Shown: positions 1 to 12,078, counted from the first letter of the stretch. The stretch is DNA of 64,000 bases from Octopus bimaculoides (GCF_001194135.2 NC_068991.1:42689043-42753042); one strand, 5' to 3'. Program-made: numbers and translations. Notes: a model not told the origin generated them from the sequence alone.

Positions 1-960
1 AATTCTTCACTGTACTTGTTGCCAACTCTCACCTTACTGACAGCGTCTCTGTACATGACTCGCACAGCTCTCACTAACCATTCTTCTATCTCTAGTTTCC
101 TCATTGATCACCAGATAAGGGTTCGGGGGACCCTGTCAAAGGCTTTCTCCATGTCAACGAATGCCAGGTACAGAGGCTTATCTTTGGCTAGGTATTTCTC
201 CTGCAGCTCTCTTACCAGAAATATAGCATTAGTGGTGTTTTTCCCTGGAACAAACCCAAACTGCATCTCATCTAAACTGACTCTCTCCCAAATTAGTTGG
301 GCTATGACCCACTCAGTGACTTTCATTACCTGATCTAACAGCTTGATGCCTCTGTAATTATTTGTATCTAAAACGTCACCTTTACCTTTGTAGCAGTTGA
401 CTATGGTGCTGCTACACCAGTCATTGGGTATGACTCCTTCGTGTATCACCTGGTTAACAATACGGGTGACTAGGCTATAGCTGACACTGCCAGATATTTT
501 GAGCATCTCTGCAGTGATCCCTGATGGGCCTGGGGCTTTCCCTGTCTTCATACTCTTAATTGCTTTATCTACGATTGTACTGTCAACTCGGATAGCTGGT
601 CCCTCTGTTGTGTTGACATTTGGCAGACTCTCTTTCCCCCATTCATTCTTTTTATTGAGCAGCCTTTCATAGTGGCGTCTCCAAACCTCTCTCTTTGTAG
701 CCTCGTTTAGTGCAAGTGTACCATCATCCATGCGGACACATTTCTCTCCTACGACATCACGATTCTCTCTCACACACTGTCTTGCAACATGAAATACCTC
801 AAGTCTTTGGTCCTCACGGCATAGAACATTGGCAAATTTTTTCTTATCTGCTTCCCCTCTGGCTAAATAAACCTGTTGCCTAGCTTCCCTTCTGGCAGTC
901 TGATACAATTCCTCATGCCATTCAGTAACAACTTTAGCTGTGTGAATTGGTGCATTATCA
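1..960 (-). mobile_element. RTE-clade LINE fragment: linker plus N-terminal half of reverse transcriptase, interrupted by a stop
   Basis: ORF 108..908 has KAPGPSGITAEML, YKGKGD..DTNNYRGIKLL, QFGFVPGK and LAFVDMEKAFDRVP. After the in-frame TGA at 108-110 the frame continues (SMRKLEIEEWLVRAVRVMYRDAVSKVRVGNKYSEE) to the window edge. Confidence 0.93.
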
Positions 961-2579
961 TCCTGAAAGATTGCGTTTCACTCCAGAAACAGTTCTGCAA
1001 CCATAAGAGAAATTTGATCAGATAAAATGCTTAGTCTAATCAGCTGAAAGAGACCAATAAGGGTTGATTTGTTCAGCTAGACCCTTCATTTCAGTTCCCT
1101 AGTATGGCCCATAGTCCAATGACAAGAACAAGTAAAATAATTGGTCAGCAATTGTTTTAAAATAATAGCCATTACCAAAGAAAAAAAAACGGTGGGGTAT
1201 TCAAAATAGAAGAAAAATCTGGAAATACTGGAACCTGGCCTATAATTTGGAATTACTGAAAATAAGCAGAGAATGCTTGGAAATTATGGTAGAGAGGGTG
1301 AAAAATAGATAAGCTATTAGAAATGTCAGAAAAGAATGAAAAATTGTAAAAATGATGAGCAGATGGAAAGTAGTTATGAAAGGCGAGTTGTAAGAATGAA
1401 TGAAAATTGGTAGAAACCATTGCAAATAGCTAGAGATTGCTAGAAATTATGATGACAGCATCCTATGAAAAATGACGGCAATATATTACATAAATGATGG
1501 AAATGCAATAAATGATCAGAGAGGGTGGAAATTGAGTGAGATAATTGAAAATATCAATAACAATAGTTGGTTAATAACAGCAATTATTGGAAAAATAGGT
1601 GAAATAGCTTTAAATTAATGGAAAATGACAGAGAACAAATATTAAATTTAGTAATTACTAGAAAATATAATAGCTGGAAACAACTAGATTGTCTTGGAAA
1701 AATAATATCAGGATATTGCTGGAGTCTGGTGGATATTAAAAGAAATCAATAGAAAATAATAGTGATTGTTTAATAAATAAACGATGGAAAACAGCAGAAA
1801 TGACTATTCAGACTAAGAAATTACTTGAAATGACAGAAGTTTCTGGAAACTACTTATAACATTCCAAAGAAAACTGTAAATGATAGAAATTGTGAAAGAA
1901 ATTTTTAAATAATTTTTCCTTTTTGGTTTTGTTGGGGGGGGGGGAAGTGCTGCATCTATGACTTTCACATGTCCTCTGTGATTGGTGATATCAATACAGT
2001 TAATGTCTATCTTGAATATGGACGGTAAGTGTGGGGTGGGAATTCCAATATTTTGACACTCAAGATGAGGAAGGGAGTTAGACCTTGGAGAGAAGCGTGT
2101 TGCATGGGTTTGATACACAAATAGCTTGCTCTAAGAAGCAGAGAACATTGAAGTAACTGCAAGTAGATAGAAAAAAACATAGTAGGATACACATTTGTGG
2201 ACAAGAGACTCAAGTGCATCAGTGGCAATGTAAATAAGCTGGATGGGTTTTTTAGGATGTTGTATGGGTGAAGAGATATGGATTAGGGATTAGGGTCTCA
2301 GGCTTACAGTTATAAAGTCATGGGTTTGATTCCTGGATTGAGCAGTGTGTTATATACTTGGGCAAGGCACATCATTTTATGTCTAATCAGCTGAAAATGA
2401 TTATCAACCTAGTGCTGGTGTAACTTTTTCTCCCTCTAGCTATTATAGTCTCAAGGTTCTGCTGGGAGAGATGAGAAGATGTCTACATCTGCTCATGACA
2501 ACATAAGCACCTAAAACAATCAGTGAAAATATGGTATGGTCATACTCATTTGCAAAGTAATGGCTAAGCTTAAGCTTAA

Positions 2580-3400
2580 GTGTATGTATGTGTAGTAGCA
2601 GCACCATCATAGATGTGGGAGCAGTAATCTATCGTGGATCTTGCTTAAGTTTTATAGAGTTAGTAGCTGTTGAGATCTGAAATTTTTTCTGGGTCTGAAG
2701 AGGAAGACTTATCTTCGGAGGCAATTTTTGCTCAGATTTTGAATGTAAGATCATCAGTGATTGTGCAGTTTAAAATCTGTAGCAACTTTGGGAGTTTTAG
2801 TTGCGTTATTAATGATCAGGTAATAGAGGATGAAAGCCATACAAGATTGTTTTCTTGTGTGAAGTTACAGCATCTTTATGCTGTATAAGGAGACAAAACG
2901 AAAAATGTCATCTCATTCGGGAATGTTTTCATAGCTTCTCTTCAAAAAGTTAGCATTGTTTTGGTATGATGAGGACACTTGTTTGAAAAAGATTAGGGAG
3001 GTGTGAATGGTATTACCATCTGCATAGGAGTAGGTGTCAATGGAAGTACTGGTGGTAGATTGTTGATGTACAGAAGGAAGAATATGGGGACGATTCCAAC
3101 AGATGCAGTGTGGGTCAGAGTGAATAACATTAGTTCATACTATAGTGCTGTAATCTGAAAGGAATCTTCTACTCCAAGAGTCTAGAGATGCGTGGATCCC
3201 ATAGGTCGGCAGCTTAAATAGGATACTAACATGCCAAACAGTTTGAAAGGCTTTGCTGATGCTAAGCACAATGACATTGTGTTTATCAAACTTCTCAATG
3301 ACAAAGAACTATCCTTTTATCTTATGTGTTGATGTTGGAACCAGAAAACCTTTTCCTGTCATTCACACATAAGATCAACTGATGGATAGTAAAGAAAAGA
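2580..3400 (-). mobile_element. Degenerate CR1/L2/Jockey-type LINE reverse transcriptase remnant
   Basis: Hand translation of the minus strand, across stops and frameshifts, gives LSISKAFQTVWHVSILFKLPTYGIHASLDSWSRRFLSD, PIFFLLYINNL, SYADG (a YADD equivalent) and QQLLTLYK...YCSHIYDGAA. Confidence 0.75.
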
Positions 3401-3660
3401 AAGAAAGAAAATCAAAAACAATAGAAATGATATCAAATATCACATATGGGAACAGGGCTTCAGATTTGGATCTACAAAAGTCTTTTTGGTGGTCACTGAG
3501 GAGAGTAATACAAGATATTGGGTCAGGGGATTGTTAATGACTTTTCCCATCTTTCAAAAGGGATGGGGAAAATGCAAGTGATAGTCAGCAAGGCCAGAGA
3601 GGTGGCTCTTCTTTGAAATGGGACAAACTGTAACATTTTCCAATATGTATATGTAAAGTC

Positions 3661-3868
3661 AAGGTGGCAGGCTCGCAAAATCATTACTGTGCCAGGCAAA
3701 ATGCTCAATAGCATTTCATGTCTCTACGTTCTAAATTCAAATGCCACTGAGGTCAACATTGCCTTTCATCAGGGTTAATAAAATAAGTACCAGTTGAGTA
3801 CTGGGGGTCAATGTAATCAACTTAATCCCTCCCTTGAAGTTGCTGGCCTTGTGTCAAAATTTGAAACC
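3661..3868 (+). mobile_element. SINE family A copy
   Basis: Core ttcaaatgccactgaggtcaacattgcctttcatc..ataaaataagtaccagttgagtactggggtc, shared with many copies in the window. Confidence 0.8.
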
Positions 3869-4916
3869 AATATGTATTGGTAAAGTATCAAGCAAAAACA
3901 AATTCCTTGTAGTTTTTAGTTACATCCAGCTTGACTTTACTCTTCCACTTTGAGGGTAGGGGCAATAAAATCAATGCCAGATAAAGTACTGGGGTCAATA
4001 TAATTGACTAAAACCTTTGAAGGTAATGCTCCAGCATGATTGCAATGACTGAATAGACTGTGTAAGAGTAAAATAGAGAATTGTTGAATAAATGAAATAA
4101 GCTAAAAATAACTGAAAATATCCCAAAATAGCAGAATTGAAGGTGGAACAACAGCATTGAAGAGATATGTAATGGAAGAATTCTAATCCATTTTTGCAGA
4201 ATAGAATAATTCAGCACAACTAATAATGCCATCAGTTTCTACAACATTGTATGTTTAATGGAATGAGTGCCTGGCCCAAGGCTTATTCTTCTGAAGTAGG
4301 GTGTTTTTCACACAAGAACATCTACATTCAGAATTGTGAACCATTAACACGTGTTTGCATCAAAACATTATACCACCCTGTGATATCTATTTAGAAATAG
4401 ACGAATTTAATCATATCAATGACAGAATATGAATCAAACTCTAGTCTGGTTATTTGTTGTTTCAATCATGCTTTTTTAAGGAAGGAATTATGTTATTCTA
4501 AAAGAGGAGAGGATGGTCTGTTTTGTAGTTGTAGAATGTGTAAAGTTTGATAACGGATAAATCAGACCGAACAAGGAGAGAAACATGTGAAATAATTGAT
4601 TGAATCAAATTTGATAGACTCTGGGAAAAAATACTGAAAAAATGCCCAGAAGAACTAAAGCTTAATCAATATAAAAATGAAACATTGCAGTGTACAACAT
4701 TTAACAGCTTAGATATTAAAAAAGAAAATGAGATGAAAATGCTATGGATATCACTAAATCTTGTTCCACCATCCATGCATAAGATCAAAGAGTAATAGAA
4801 ACTAAAGAATAATAATAGAAATGATATCAGATGTGCATAAGATTGTGCAAAAGGAATAATCCATCCTTTACTGTCTGGAAATAAAAGTGCTTGCTGGCAT
4901 TTTTTATTTTATACAT

Positions 4917-5127
4917 AAGGCAGTGAGCTGGCAGAAGTGTTAGTGTCAGAAAAAATACCTTGCAATATTTGTTCTGGCTCTTTACATTCTGTGTTCAAAT
5001 CCTGCAGAGATCAGCTTTGACTTTTGTCTTTATGTGAACCAATAAAATAAAGTAAGTCAAGTACTAAGGTTAATGTTATCAACTAAACCCTCAAAATTAC
5101 TGGCCTTGTGCCTAAATTAGAAACCAA
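4917..5127 (+). mobile_element. SINE family A copy
   Basis: aaggcagtgagctggcagaa head, gttcaaatcc B-box-like motif, ggccttgtgcctaaattagaaacc tail. Confidence 0.8.
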
Positions 5128-5486
5128 ATTATTATTTATTACCAACACGTAAAGCACAATAGTCTTTGCTAGCTGTTATAGCTTGAATTTTAAAAAATAC
5201 TGATAGACAAAGCAAGATGAAAAATAGGAGACACGTTGGAAGACATGCTATTGTTCTTTTAATCCCAAATGTATGATTGTAAAGAGAAAACAATATTTAA
5301 TTTTAGAAGATAAGTCAGTTTATATCAGTAACCAATGTTTGAAATAGATAAAAGCTGGAAATGACACACAGGTATGTAAGTATGTATATAAGGATGTATA
5401 TATGGATGGATGGATGGATGGATGAACAGACGGACGGACAGATGGATGAACGGATGGATGGACATATGGATGGATAGATGTGTATA

Positions 5487-5876
5487 TTAGGTGAAGGTAT
5501 GGTTCTATGAAAAGAAGTTTGCTCCCCAATCACATAGTTTTGGGTTCAGTCCCACTGCATAGCACCTTGTGTAAGTGTCTTCTACAATAGCCCTTGGTCA
5601 ACCAAAGCCCTGTGAGTGTGTGGGGTGTCTGTGTGTTTTGTTGTCATGTGATAGTTGTAAACAAATGTCACTGTCATACAAGTGGTGTTCATTCTAAATC
5701 TTCTGCAAAAACATATCTGGTCCTGGGGAAATATTACCTTACTTCAAAACAGGAGAGGGTTGGTGACAGGAAAGGCATCCAGTTGTAGAAAATCCACCTG
5801 AACACATTCTGCTCAACCCATGTAAGCATGAAAAAGTGGGCATTAAAATGACAGTGATGATGATGATGATGATGAT
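5487..5876 (+). mobile_element. SINE family G (B-type tRNA-like head, RTE-like 3' tail ending in (GAT)n)
   Basis: Head gggttcagtcccactgcatagcaccttg as in family B. Tail ggttggtgacaggaaaggcatccag...catgtaagcatgaaaaagtgggcattaaa(tga)n resembles the RTE 3' end. Confidence 0.7.
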
Positions 5877-5951
5877 ATATATATATACTAATATATACTT
5901 TTGTTATTTACACCACCTGTCCTCGTCTGTTGTTATTATTTGTATATTCTC

Positions 5952-5953
<2 letters not shown>

Positions 5954-6026
<73 letters not shown>
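5954..6026. repeat. (TA)n microsatellite
   Basis: Perfect TA run. Confidence 0.95.
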
Positions 6027-6029
<3 letters not shown>

Positions 6030-6544
6030 GGAATAAGCAGGACAAGAGGAGATACATTGGACAGAGTTACTGAGGAGGTCACAGAATGTGTGATGAGAGA
6101 ACTTTGACAGAAGTATAAGCTAAAAATAATATGAATAAAAACCAAAGTGAGGATCAAATAATGCATGTGTTTAATTGGTAAAAAGACAGAAAAAATTACC
6201 ATTACCAACTATAACAACACACACAGACACACACATGTTCACATACATACACAGTTACTTGTGATTATTTGCTTACGTACAAGATTTATAGAAGGTGAAG
6301 GACAATTGTGCAAGACAATAAATGTCCCACTATCACACATCACCAAACTTCCACATCTGCTTAAATACTTGCTCTAGTGTGATGAGTGAAAGTGGAACAA
6401 TATTGAATTGGTAACATATTGAAATGTCCAAACAGGCTGAAATCTCTTTTTTTTCTTTCTTTTATGTATTTAAAAAAAAACCCAACTCTTTATAACCTGC
6501 TATCTTTTACTTTATTTCAAGCTTTTTGAACAGCAATTGCCATT

Positions 6545-6579
6545 ACCAGTTGCCATTACCACCACCATCACCATTACTA

Positions 6580-6620
<41 letters not shown>

Positions 6621-6678
6621 TCCGCCGCTGCCGACGACAACGCCACCACCGCCGACGCCAACGCCAACACCAACGCCA
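6545..6678. repeat. Compound trinucleotide microsatellite (ACC/ACT/GCT/GCC) running into a gap
   Basis: Visible directly in the sequence. Confidence 0.9.
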
Positions 6679-7372
6679 NNNNNNNNNNNNNNNNNNNNNN
6701 NNNNNNNNNNNNNNNNNNNNNNNNNNNNNNNNNNNNNNNNNNNNNNNNNNNNNNNNCACAGAATAAGTTAGTGAAGAAGGTCTTCCAACTTTTTTCTGGT
6801 CATAGGCTTACGATGCCATTCAATTCAAAACCACTACATAGCCCCTGGGTACCTTTAATAGTATGTGCTCAGTTGGAAAAACATTCAGTCCAGGACACTG
6901 ACTGGAGATTGCCATGACTTTTCAATGTACCACCACCACCACCACCACCACCACCACCACTACCATCTGCTTTTTCTTGAAGTACCAAAAAACCTGGAGT
7001 AAACCCTCTGAGTAATTTTCCCTCCTCTGATTCAATATCCCTGAACTTCATTCTGGTCTAGACCCCACTCATTACCTCATAACAACACGCAGCCTACACA
7101 CTGATCACACATCCTATTCCACTATGCAAGCTTCACAACTATCTCCATCCATCTAACTGTGATTGCATATTTGCTAAAAAGTGTTCATTCACTGCAGACT
7201 TGGTATTTAACTGTGCAGGAAGAAAATTCCAATGATGCTTTGTAACTCAATCTCCACTCTGGGATGGACCTTCTCCCACTGCCAGCAATGTTTAAGCTTC
7301 AATAAATAATAACCTAACTAATAACAGTTTGTTGTCAACTTCATTATTCATTTAGCTTAACAAAAGTTACAT

Positions 7373-7424
<52 letters not shown>

Positions 7425-7430
<6 letters not shown>

Positions 7431-7750
7431 GCACTCCATTGGTTATGATGACAAGGGTTCCAGTAGACCTGATCAAAGGAATATCCTGCTCATGAAATTG
7501 ATGTGCAAGTGGCTGAACACTCCACAAATATGCATGCCCTTGACATAGTTCTCATGGAGATAAGTGTCATGCAGAATGTAACAAGGCTGGCCTTTTGAAA
7601 TATAGATACTACTCATTTTTGTCAGGTAAGTGGACAGGAGCAATGTGGAATAAAGTGTCTTGCTCAAGGACACAATGCACCACTGGGAATCAAAACCATG
7701 GCCTTACAATTGTGAGCCAAATACCCTAGCCGCTAAACCATGTGTCTTCA
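7425..7750 (-). mobile_element. SINE family E copy (tRNA-like head, gtgtcttgctcaaggacacaa body motif)
   Basis: Matches copies at 18560-19545, 15720-15920 and 63225-63530. Confidence 0.75.
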
Positions 7751-7769
7751 CAACATGTGTTATGTGTTA

Positions 7770-8455
7770 CATATGGTTGAGGACAGCTGTGTGAGGAAGT
7801 GCCACACCCTAAAAGTAGAATGAAGCTATGGAAGAGGTAGACCCAGGAAGACATTGGATGAGCTGGTGAAGCATGACCTTCAAATGTTGGGCCTCACAGA
7901 GGCAATAACAGGAGACCAAGACCTTTGGAGATAAGCTGTGATTGAGAGGACCCAACAACTAAAGTGAGATCACAGCCATGGCCGATGCCAGTGTTGTATG
8001 TCTGGCCCATTTAAAAGTATCCTTGATGCATCGGTTGATATGGTATGCTTGAGAAGACCTGTTGAGTCAAGTAAATCCAAAATCATAGTTGTGGCCAGTG
8101 TTCCCTGAGCGGCTCCCATTTCAGTGGCATGTAAAATACATCAGTGCCCCCTGACAAGCTGCCATGCTGGTGGCATGTAAAAAGCACCATCTAAACGTGG
8201 TCGATGCCAGGTCTACCTGGCTGGCTCCCATGCCAGTGGCATGTAAAAAGCACCATCTGAACATGGCCGATGCCAGTGCCCTCCGACAACTCCCGTGCCA
8301 GTGACATGTAAAATGCACTATCCAAACATGATCGATGCCAGGGCTGCCTGATTAACTCCTGTGCTAGTGGCACATACAAAGCATCTGCTGCACTCTCAGA
8401 GTGGTTGGTGTTAGGAAGGGCATCCAGCTGTAGAAACATTGCCATATTAGATTAG
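7770..8455 (+). mobile_element. RTE LINE C-terminus plus 3' UTR with an internal ~60-bp tandem repeat
   Basis: Translates to DSCVRKCHTLKVE*SYGRGRPRKTLDELVKHDLQMLGLTEAITGDQDLWR, followed by repeated gccagtggcatgtaaaaagcaccatc units and ggttggtgttaggaagggcatccagctgtag. Confidence 0.8.
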
Positions 8456-8957
8456 AACCCTGCGAAGAATTCTTGCAGTTCCAAGCAATACTGATTTTTG
8501 TACATGTTCTACTTTTCACACTTGCACCAATCTTTTTCAGCCATGTTGGTAGTTGAGTGCTGATACTTCCAAGTGCACCAATTACTATTGGTATCATGTC
8601 TACTCTCTTCATTGGCGACAACCTTCGTATTTCCCTCTTCAAATCGTCATAGTTATTTGTTTTTTCTTCTTTCACATTGATCCTGTTGTCACCGGGGCAT
8701 GCTATGTCAATTATCATATATGTTCCTTTTTTTTTATTCACCACAACAATGTCTGGTTTCCAATGTCTGGTTGGGTGATCACACTGGATCATTGCATACC
8801 ACAGGATTTTGCAATTCTCATTTTCGGTGACTCCTTCCGGAGTTTACTCATACCATGTCTTTGTTCTTTGTAGGCTGTGATTTCCACAGAGCTGCCAATG
8901 GATCATTTTTGTTACATTGTCATGGTGTCTTTTGTATTCGTGTTGTGCCAATTATTA
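8455..8957 (-). mobile_element. R4/Dong-like non-LTR element C-terminal fragment (restriction-like endonuclease)
   Basis: AQHEYKRHHDNVTKMIHWQLC...KILW.AMIQCDH..KPDIVVVNKK..IIDIACPGD..YDDLKREIRRL..IPIVIGALG..QKSVLLGTARILRRVL. The 5'-truncated end abuts a (TAA)n run. Confidence 0.82.
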
Positions 8958-9009
8958 TTATTATTATTGTCATTATTATTATTATTATTAAGATTTTTGT
9001 CTTGCAAGT

Positions 9010-9322
9010 TACTTGAAGACCCTTTCAGTGCAGGTGCCACTTAAAAATCAATGAATCCACACTGTAAAGTGGTTGGCATTTGGAAGGGCATCTAGCTGTA
9101 AAAACTTTGCCAAAACTGATCTTGCCTGTGCTTGTGCTATGTAAAAAGCACTCAGTCCACTCTGCTGGGTAGTTGGTGTTAGGAAGGGCATCTAGCTGTA
9201 AAAACCCTACAAAAGTAGACTCAGAAATCAAGTGCTGGCTTCTGTCTGGCCAGCTCTTGTCAAACCGTCCCAGCCATGCCAGCATGGAAGGTGGACATTA
9301 AACAATGATGATGATGATGATG
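9010..9322 (+). mobile_element. RTE LINE 3' UTR fragment ending in (GAT)n
   Basis: ggttggtgttaggaagggcatctagctgta...cccagccatgccagcatggaaggtggacattaaacaatgatgatg. Confidence 0.8.
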
Positions 9323-9329
9323 ATATTAT

Positions 9330-9862
9330 TATTGAGAAAGCAGTGCATGCCATCAAAGTGACACTGGGGTGCAAATGTAGGAAGCCCAATATACCCATTA
9401 TGACTACCCATCTGATAAGGGTATACCAGGCACATGCATCCATATGCACTTGACATGGTACCCTCATATCAAGATATAAAGTGCATGACCTTGCAAGTGG
9501 GCACCTAGTTAGAAGTCAAGTAGTCCATCCCATTCAAAAGGTCCTTGAATAAGGGCTGTTTAAGGATGATGAATGAAACATCCATGTTTCCAGGGATGAA
9601 TCATTCAAACCTCAAAGAATTCTTCTCAACACATGGCTGTGATGCTCCTCCACTACTCCTGCTCATGATCAGAGATGCACATATCATCAGCCATCAAGGT
9701 ACATACTCAACTAGTTAGAGTCAAGCAACTGACAAGCAAATTTGTGGTATTGATCAAAATATTTGCTGTAACCCATCTTTTACAAGATAAAACATGTACA
9801 TGATAACACTCCCAATCAGTTAAGATCAGAGGCTACAAGAACCATTGTCTAGAACTGCATCA
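9330..9862 (-). mobile_element. Dispersed repeat family F (~540 bp, flanked by TTA/TAA runs)
   Basis: Homologous to 10862-11372, 11457-11800, 55320-55880 and 55922-56205. Strand is given relative to the 55 kb copies; the true orientation is unknown. Confidence 0.8.
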
Positions 9863-10075
9863 TCATTATCATCATCATTAAGGTGGCAAGCTGGTAGAAT
9901 TGTTAACACATCAGATAAACTGCTCTGAGGTATTTCTTCTTGCTCTTTATGTTCTAAGTTCAAATTCTGCTGCAATCTATTTTGTCATTCATCATTTCAG
10001 GGTCAATAAAATAGTGCTAGTTGACCACTGGGGTCAATGTAATTAACTTACCTATTCCTCTAAAACTGCTGGCCT

Positions 10076-10223
10076 TCTACCAAAATCCAAAACACTGCTG
10101 CTGCTGCCGCTACTGCTGCTGCCGCTGCTGCCGCTGCCGCTGCTGCCGCTGCTGCCGCTGCTGCCGCTGCTGCTGCTGCCGCCGCTGCTGCTGCTGCTGC
10201 CGCCGCCACCGCCGCCACTGCTG

Positions 10224-10291
<68 letters not shown>

Positions 10292-10295
10292 ACTG
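10076..10295. repeat. Compound (CTG)/(CCG)/(CTA) microsatellite
   Basis: Visible directly; it accounts for the poly-C/Y and poly-S/G ORFs in the ORF track. Confidence 0.95.
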
Positions 10296-10344
10296 CTTGG
10301 TTGAATAGTTAGCACGCCAGGTGAAATGCTTAGCAGTATTTCAT

Positions 10345-10666
10345 GGGCATATGGTGTAGTGGTTAAGAGCGCAGGCTACTAATCCCAAGATTCCGAGTTC
10401 AATTCCAGGCAGTGACCTGAATAATAATAATAATAACAATAATAATAACAATAATAATAATAATAATAGTAGTAATAACAACAACAACGTTGAAAAAAAA
10501 CTACCTTAGGAATGAGAACCCAGGTTCGAAATTTCCCCAAGACACCTGATGAAGGCTGGAGGGTATATCAGCCAAAACGTTGTGTTAACAACAAACAAGA
10601 TCAGAACAAATATCCGTCAAATGTAAATAATGTAAATAATTCCTCATCTCTTAAATATAGAACTGT
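10345..10666 (+). mobile_element. Short non-autonomous element: tRNA-like Pol III head, (TAA)n spacer, minimal hammerhead-like motif (copy 1)
   Basis: A-box TGGTGTAGTGG at 10352-10362 and B-box GAGTTCAATTCC at 10395-10406. Hammerhead-like motif at 10541-10586. Flanked by agtatttca (10335-10343) and agtacttca (10667-10675). Confidence 0.8.
10541..10586 (+). ncRNA. Minimal type I hammerhead ribozyme-like motif (PLE type; G12>A in this copy)
   Basis: GACAC-CTGATGA-A-GGCTG(gagggtatat)CAGCC-AAAA-CGTT-GTGTT: stem I GACAC/GTGTT, stem II 5 bp, palindromic ACGT stem III, GUU cleavage triplet. Confidence 0.7.
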
Positions 10667-10817
10667 AGTACTTCACTTATTGCTACATTTTGAGTTCAAA
10701 TTCCGCCGAGGTCGACTTTGCCTTTCGGGGTCGATAAACTAAGTACCAGTGAAACACTGGGGTCGATTGAGGCCTTTTGCCTCCAGTAGAAAGGATTATT
10801 ACTATTATTATTATTAC

Positions 10818-10861
<44 letters not shown>

Positions 10862-10863
<2 letters not shown>

Positions 10864-11372
10864 GAGTGAGAGAGTAGTGCATGCCATCAAAGTGACACTT
10901 TATACATATCATGACTACCCATCTGATAAGGATACACCAGGCACAAGCATTACAACCATATGTTTGCGACATGGTGATCTCATATCAAGATAAACAACAT
11001 ATGACCTTGCAGGTGGAGCCCTGTTAGAATTTTCTTCAGGTCGAGTAGCCCATCCCACTCAAAAGGTCCCTGAATAAGGGTTGTTCAAGGATGTTGAATG
11101 AAACAGCCATGTTTCCATAGGTGAATTATCCAAACTCCAAAGAATTCCTTTCAACATGTCTATGATGCTCCTCCACTACTTCTGCTCATGGTCAGAGATG
11201 CACATAACATCAGCCATCAAGGTACATACTCAACTAGTTAGGGTCAATCAACTGACAAGCAAATCTGTGGTATTGAGCAGAATATTTGCTGTAGCCCATC
11301 TTTTTATACCAAAACAAAATGTTAAGATCAGAAGCCATGAGAGCCACTGCCTGGTTCTGCATCAGGGCATTT
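10862..11372 (-). mobile_element. Family F repeat copy
   Basis: gagtgagagagtagtgcatgccatcaaagtgacac...gagccactgcctggttctgcatcagggcattta, flanked by (TTA)n and (TTG)n. Confidence 0.8.
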
Positions 11373-11389
11373 ATTGTTGTTGTTGTTGT

Positions 11390-11423
<34 letters not shown>

Positions 11424-11456
11424 ATTGTTGTTGTTTTTGTTGTTGTTGTTGTTGTT

Positions 11457-11800
11457 ATGTGAGAGAACAGTGCATGCTATCAAAATGACACTAGATGCAA
11501 ATATATGTAACTGAATATACTCATCACAACTACCCATGTAGTAAGGGTACACCAGGCATATGCATCCATATGCACTTGACATGATAACCTCATATCAAGA
11601 TAAACAATGCATGGTTTTGTAGGTGGGCCCTGTTAGAATTTTCTTCTGGTTAAGTAGCCCATCCTGTTCAAAAGGTCCCTGAATAAGGGTTGTTTAAGGA
11701 TGTTGAACAAAACAGAGGTGAATTATTCAACATGCTCAACTGGTTATTGTCAAACAACTGACAAACAAATCTGTGGTATAGAGCAGAATATTTGCTGTAG
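11457..11800 (-). mobile_element. Family F repeat copy (internally deleted), in tandem with the previous copy
   Basis: Same start gtgagagaacagtgcatgctatcaaa; lacks part of the middle. Confidence 0.75.
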
Positions 11801-11814
11801 CCCTATTATTATTA

Positions 11815-12010
11815 TTGGCAGATTCATTAGCATGCCAGGCGAAATGCTTAGTGGCATTTTGTTTCTCATTACGTTCTCAGTTCAAATTCTGCCAAGGTCA
11901 ACTTTACCTTTCATCCATTTGGGGGTTGATAAAATGAGTACCAGTGAAACACTGGGGTCAATGTAATTGGCTCATCCTCTCCCCCAAAATTGTGCCTATA
12001 GTAGAAAGGA
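11815..12010 (+). mobile_element. SINE family A copy
   Basis: ttagcatgccaggcgaaatgcttagtggc...gagttcaaattctgccaaggtcaactttacctttcatcc. Confidence 0.8.
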
Positions 12011-12028
12011 TTATCATCATCATCATCA

Positions 12029-12078
<50 letters not shown>

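Larger units (their letters stand above)
10306..10790 (+). mobile_element. SINE family A copy interrupted by the tRNA-hammerhead element
   Basis: Left part ttagcacgccaggtgaaatgcttagcagtatttca. The SINE resumes after 10667 with ...gagttcaaattccgccgaggtcgactttgcc. Confidence 0.8.

Noticed and set aside
1200-1900. Purine-rich repetitive-looking stretch
   Set aside because: I could not define a unit or a coding signal, so I treated it as low-complexity DNA.
6760-7320. Possible CR1-like C-terminal remnant around the (CCA)n run
   Set aside because: The similarity (LEK.QSR-like) is too weak to support without a search.
10345-10417. Possible true tRNA gene (also 41409-41481 and 18060-18135)
   Set aside because: The acceptor and anticodon stems do not pair properly, and the sequences continue into repeat bodies, so these are SINE heads.
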